DNA of 64,000 nucleotides from Mobula hypostoma. Lineage: Eukaryota. Position numbers and translations under genes: made by a program. The stretch is taken from positions 80,292,001-80,356,000 of the forward strand of contig NC_086097.1 of assembly GCF_963921235.1 (NCBI RefSeq), given 5' to 3'. Under the pieces are notes generated by a model. It made no database searches. It was not told where the DNA came from and saw nothing but the letters and a program-made list of their open reading frames with translations. Of this stretch, positions 61,703-64,000 are shown one piece after another. How positions within the stretch are numbered: position 1 is the first letter of the stretch; each line of letters starts with the position of its first letter.

Positions 61703-64000
61703 TCTTCTTCTTATCGTGTCCACGGACAGTCTATACATGGCCCAGCCAGAAATGGACATATTTTTGCGCCTTGTTATTGAATTCAGCAAGATCTGCAACA
61801 GTACGGGGTTCCTCTAGTGATGGGCATTGCAGGAGAAGTTGCATAGTTTGTGGCTCAGTTCCACATTCACAAGTTGTCGGGCTGATTGTATATGCCCATT
61901 TGCTTAGTGACACCTTGGAACGACCTACAGCAGTCCTAAGTCTGTTAAAGCACTTCCAGGTTGCCCAGTTGCAATTAGCTCCTGGGGGAAGGCTTTCATC
62001 CATGGAATTTCCATCGCTGGGGGTTGTTTGAGACTGGTGAGCTGGTCTTTCCACAAGGCAATGCGGGCTTCAGATGAGGTTGATTGTAATGGAACATGAA
62101 GCTCTTCCTTGACTTTAGGCAGCTGGGTGTAGGAGTATGACCATGTAGAGGGTACCTCTCATCAGATGTTTGACGGAATCATTCTTTCTTGCTGGGTACC
62201 ATTCTTATATCAGGGGGAGTGATACCCGCCAGGATATATAGGCTGTTGGTGTTTGTTGGTTTTAAACAACTTTTGATAAGTCGGCAGCTTGCATTCAGAA
62301 TGGCATCCATCTTCTTAGCATGAGTAGATCTTTCCCATGCAGGATTGGTGTGTTCAGCAGTGGAATAGCAAAGAGCAAGTGCACTGGTTCGCAATGTTTT
62401 CGAGCTTGCTCCCCATTTTGTGTTAGTGAGCTTATTCAGGATGTTGTTTCGTGTGCTCACTTTTGCCTTTGTCTTATTGATGTGGTTCTTGAAAGGGAGG
62501 CATCTGTTAAGGGTGACTGCTAAGTAGATCGGGTGCTCACAATGTGTCAGTGGTGCTTCACACCAGGTTACTTTAAGCTGTCGTTTGGCTTCACAGTTCC
62601 TGAGGTGGAATGCACAAACCTGTGTCTTTGATGGGTTTGTGCGGAGGTGGTTTTCTTCATAGTAGGATGTTAGTCCCTCCAAGGCCTCAGAAAGCGTTTC
62701 CTCCAGGGTGTTAAAATCAGTGCTTTGGGCAGTGATGCATAAGTCATTAGCATATATAAAACGGCGTGTGACATCATCTATAAGTTGGCCATTGGTGTAG
62801 ATGTTGTTCAGCAGTGGTGTAAGAACACGTCCCTGAGGAAAACCATTCTTCTGAATACGCCATCTGCTACGCTTTCCACCCAGTTCAACATAGAACCGGT
62901 GATTCTGAAGCATGCTTTCTAACAGCTCTGTTAAGTGAGTATCTTTTGTCATCTCTAGGATCTTGCAGAGGAGACGTCTCTGGTTCACTGTATCGTAAGC
63001 TGCTGGCAAGTCTACAAAAACAGCACCTGTTACCATCCCTTGCTCAAAACCATCTTCGATATATTGTGTGAGGTTGAGCAGTTGACTTGTTGTTGATTTG
63101 CCGGGGCGGAAACCTGCTTGCTCTGGAATGATCTTCTCATCTACAGTTGGTGCTATCCTATTGAGTATCAGGCGTTCAAACAGCTTAATGTGGCAAAGCA
63201 GTGAGAGTGGCCGTAAATTCTTAGGATCTGAGGGATCTTTTCCAGGCTTTAATAGTGCTATTACATGTGACTTCTTCCAAATATTAGGTAGCTTGTGTGT
63301 TGCCAGACAGTGGTTGAACAATTGTAGGAGCCATTTCTTTGCTTGCTGTCCAAAATACTTTATCTGCTCCGCTGGAATGTTGTCAAGACCAATTGCTTTC
63401 ACGTGTTTTAGACTAGATATACCAATTTCCAGCTCTTCCATGGTGAGTGGTCCAGTGAAGCCAGGGTCATCGCTGTACTTCTTCCTATCTAGTTGTGCTC
63501 TTGGTTGTTTCTTGTTGGTTTTTCCATTTAGGAGCAACTGGTATGCAGCTTGGTCAGCAGACACATTGGGATGTTGGGCAGCTTTCTTGGAATCGCCTCC
63601 AAGTTTTCCCATGAGAGACCATGCCTTCTTGCTGTTTTTTGTAAGATATATTGTCTCTATCAAGGTGTTGCAGGTGTTTTGACGCTCTTGAGAGATGCTT
63701 AACATCACCCTCTCACCGGTAGACATTGTTTCCTCTGAGAAGGGGCCAGATTCAAACATTGAGACATACTCTCTGTGGAGTTCAGCATTCTCTTTGGTGA
63801 GACCAGAGATGTAGTGTGCTCTACAACCTCGGGGGAACTTCCTTTTGGCTGGTTTCTGGACAGTTTTTGCAAACAGGTTGTAGTGCTCAGGTAGTGATTT
63901 AATACGTTTAACCTTATGGGCAAGTGCTCTTGTAAACCCGTTCCAATCGACCTTCTTGTAGTTGAAGCGTCTTTTGAATGGTACGATGGTTGGTAACACG
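61703..64000 (-). mobile_element. Vingi (Ingi-related) LINE; RT region runs off the window end
   Basis: 606-aa open frame with KPGKDPSDPKNLRPLSLL, EQAGFRPGKST, FVDLPAAYDTV, GFPQG and FIYAND; C-terminal CECG..QT..C; no RNase H; 3' end ggacacgataagaagaaga. The family name is from recall. Confidence 0.8.

Overview
Vertebrate nuclear DNA, almost certainly from a cartilaginous fish and probably a ray or skate. This is an inference from the repeat content: elasmobranch-type CR1 LINEs, an HE1/V-SINE and many Penelope pLTR fragments. I cannot support any host protein-coding exon, rRNA, tRNA or CRISPR array; the window looks intronic or intergenic, and roughly half or more is decayed or nested transposable elements. 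These include two near-full-length head-to-head CR1 LINEs, a Gypsy remnant, two solo LTRs, Rex1/Babar, RTE, L1/Tx1 and Vingi LINE fragments, Poseidon- and Neptune-type Penelope-like elements, and hAT, Tigger and Tc1 DNA transposons. Nearly all listed ORFs are TE remnants or noise. The most notable observations are: (1) minimal type-I hammerhead ribozyme motifs in two different Penelope-like families, one apparently intact at 49425-49462(-); (2) a non-coding LTR element with 1.2-1.3 kb LTRs around only 181 bp, whose PBS can pair with its own predicted transcript 5' end (Tf1/sushi-type self-priming); (3) a four-level TE nest containing a composite hAT with three TIRs; (4) a segment of about 125 bp closely resembling, from memory, the mammalian MER2 consensus; (5) several non-coding elements with Rex/Babar-like ends. 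All calls were made by eye and family names need RepeatMasker/Dfam confirmation.
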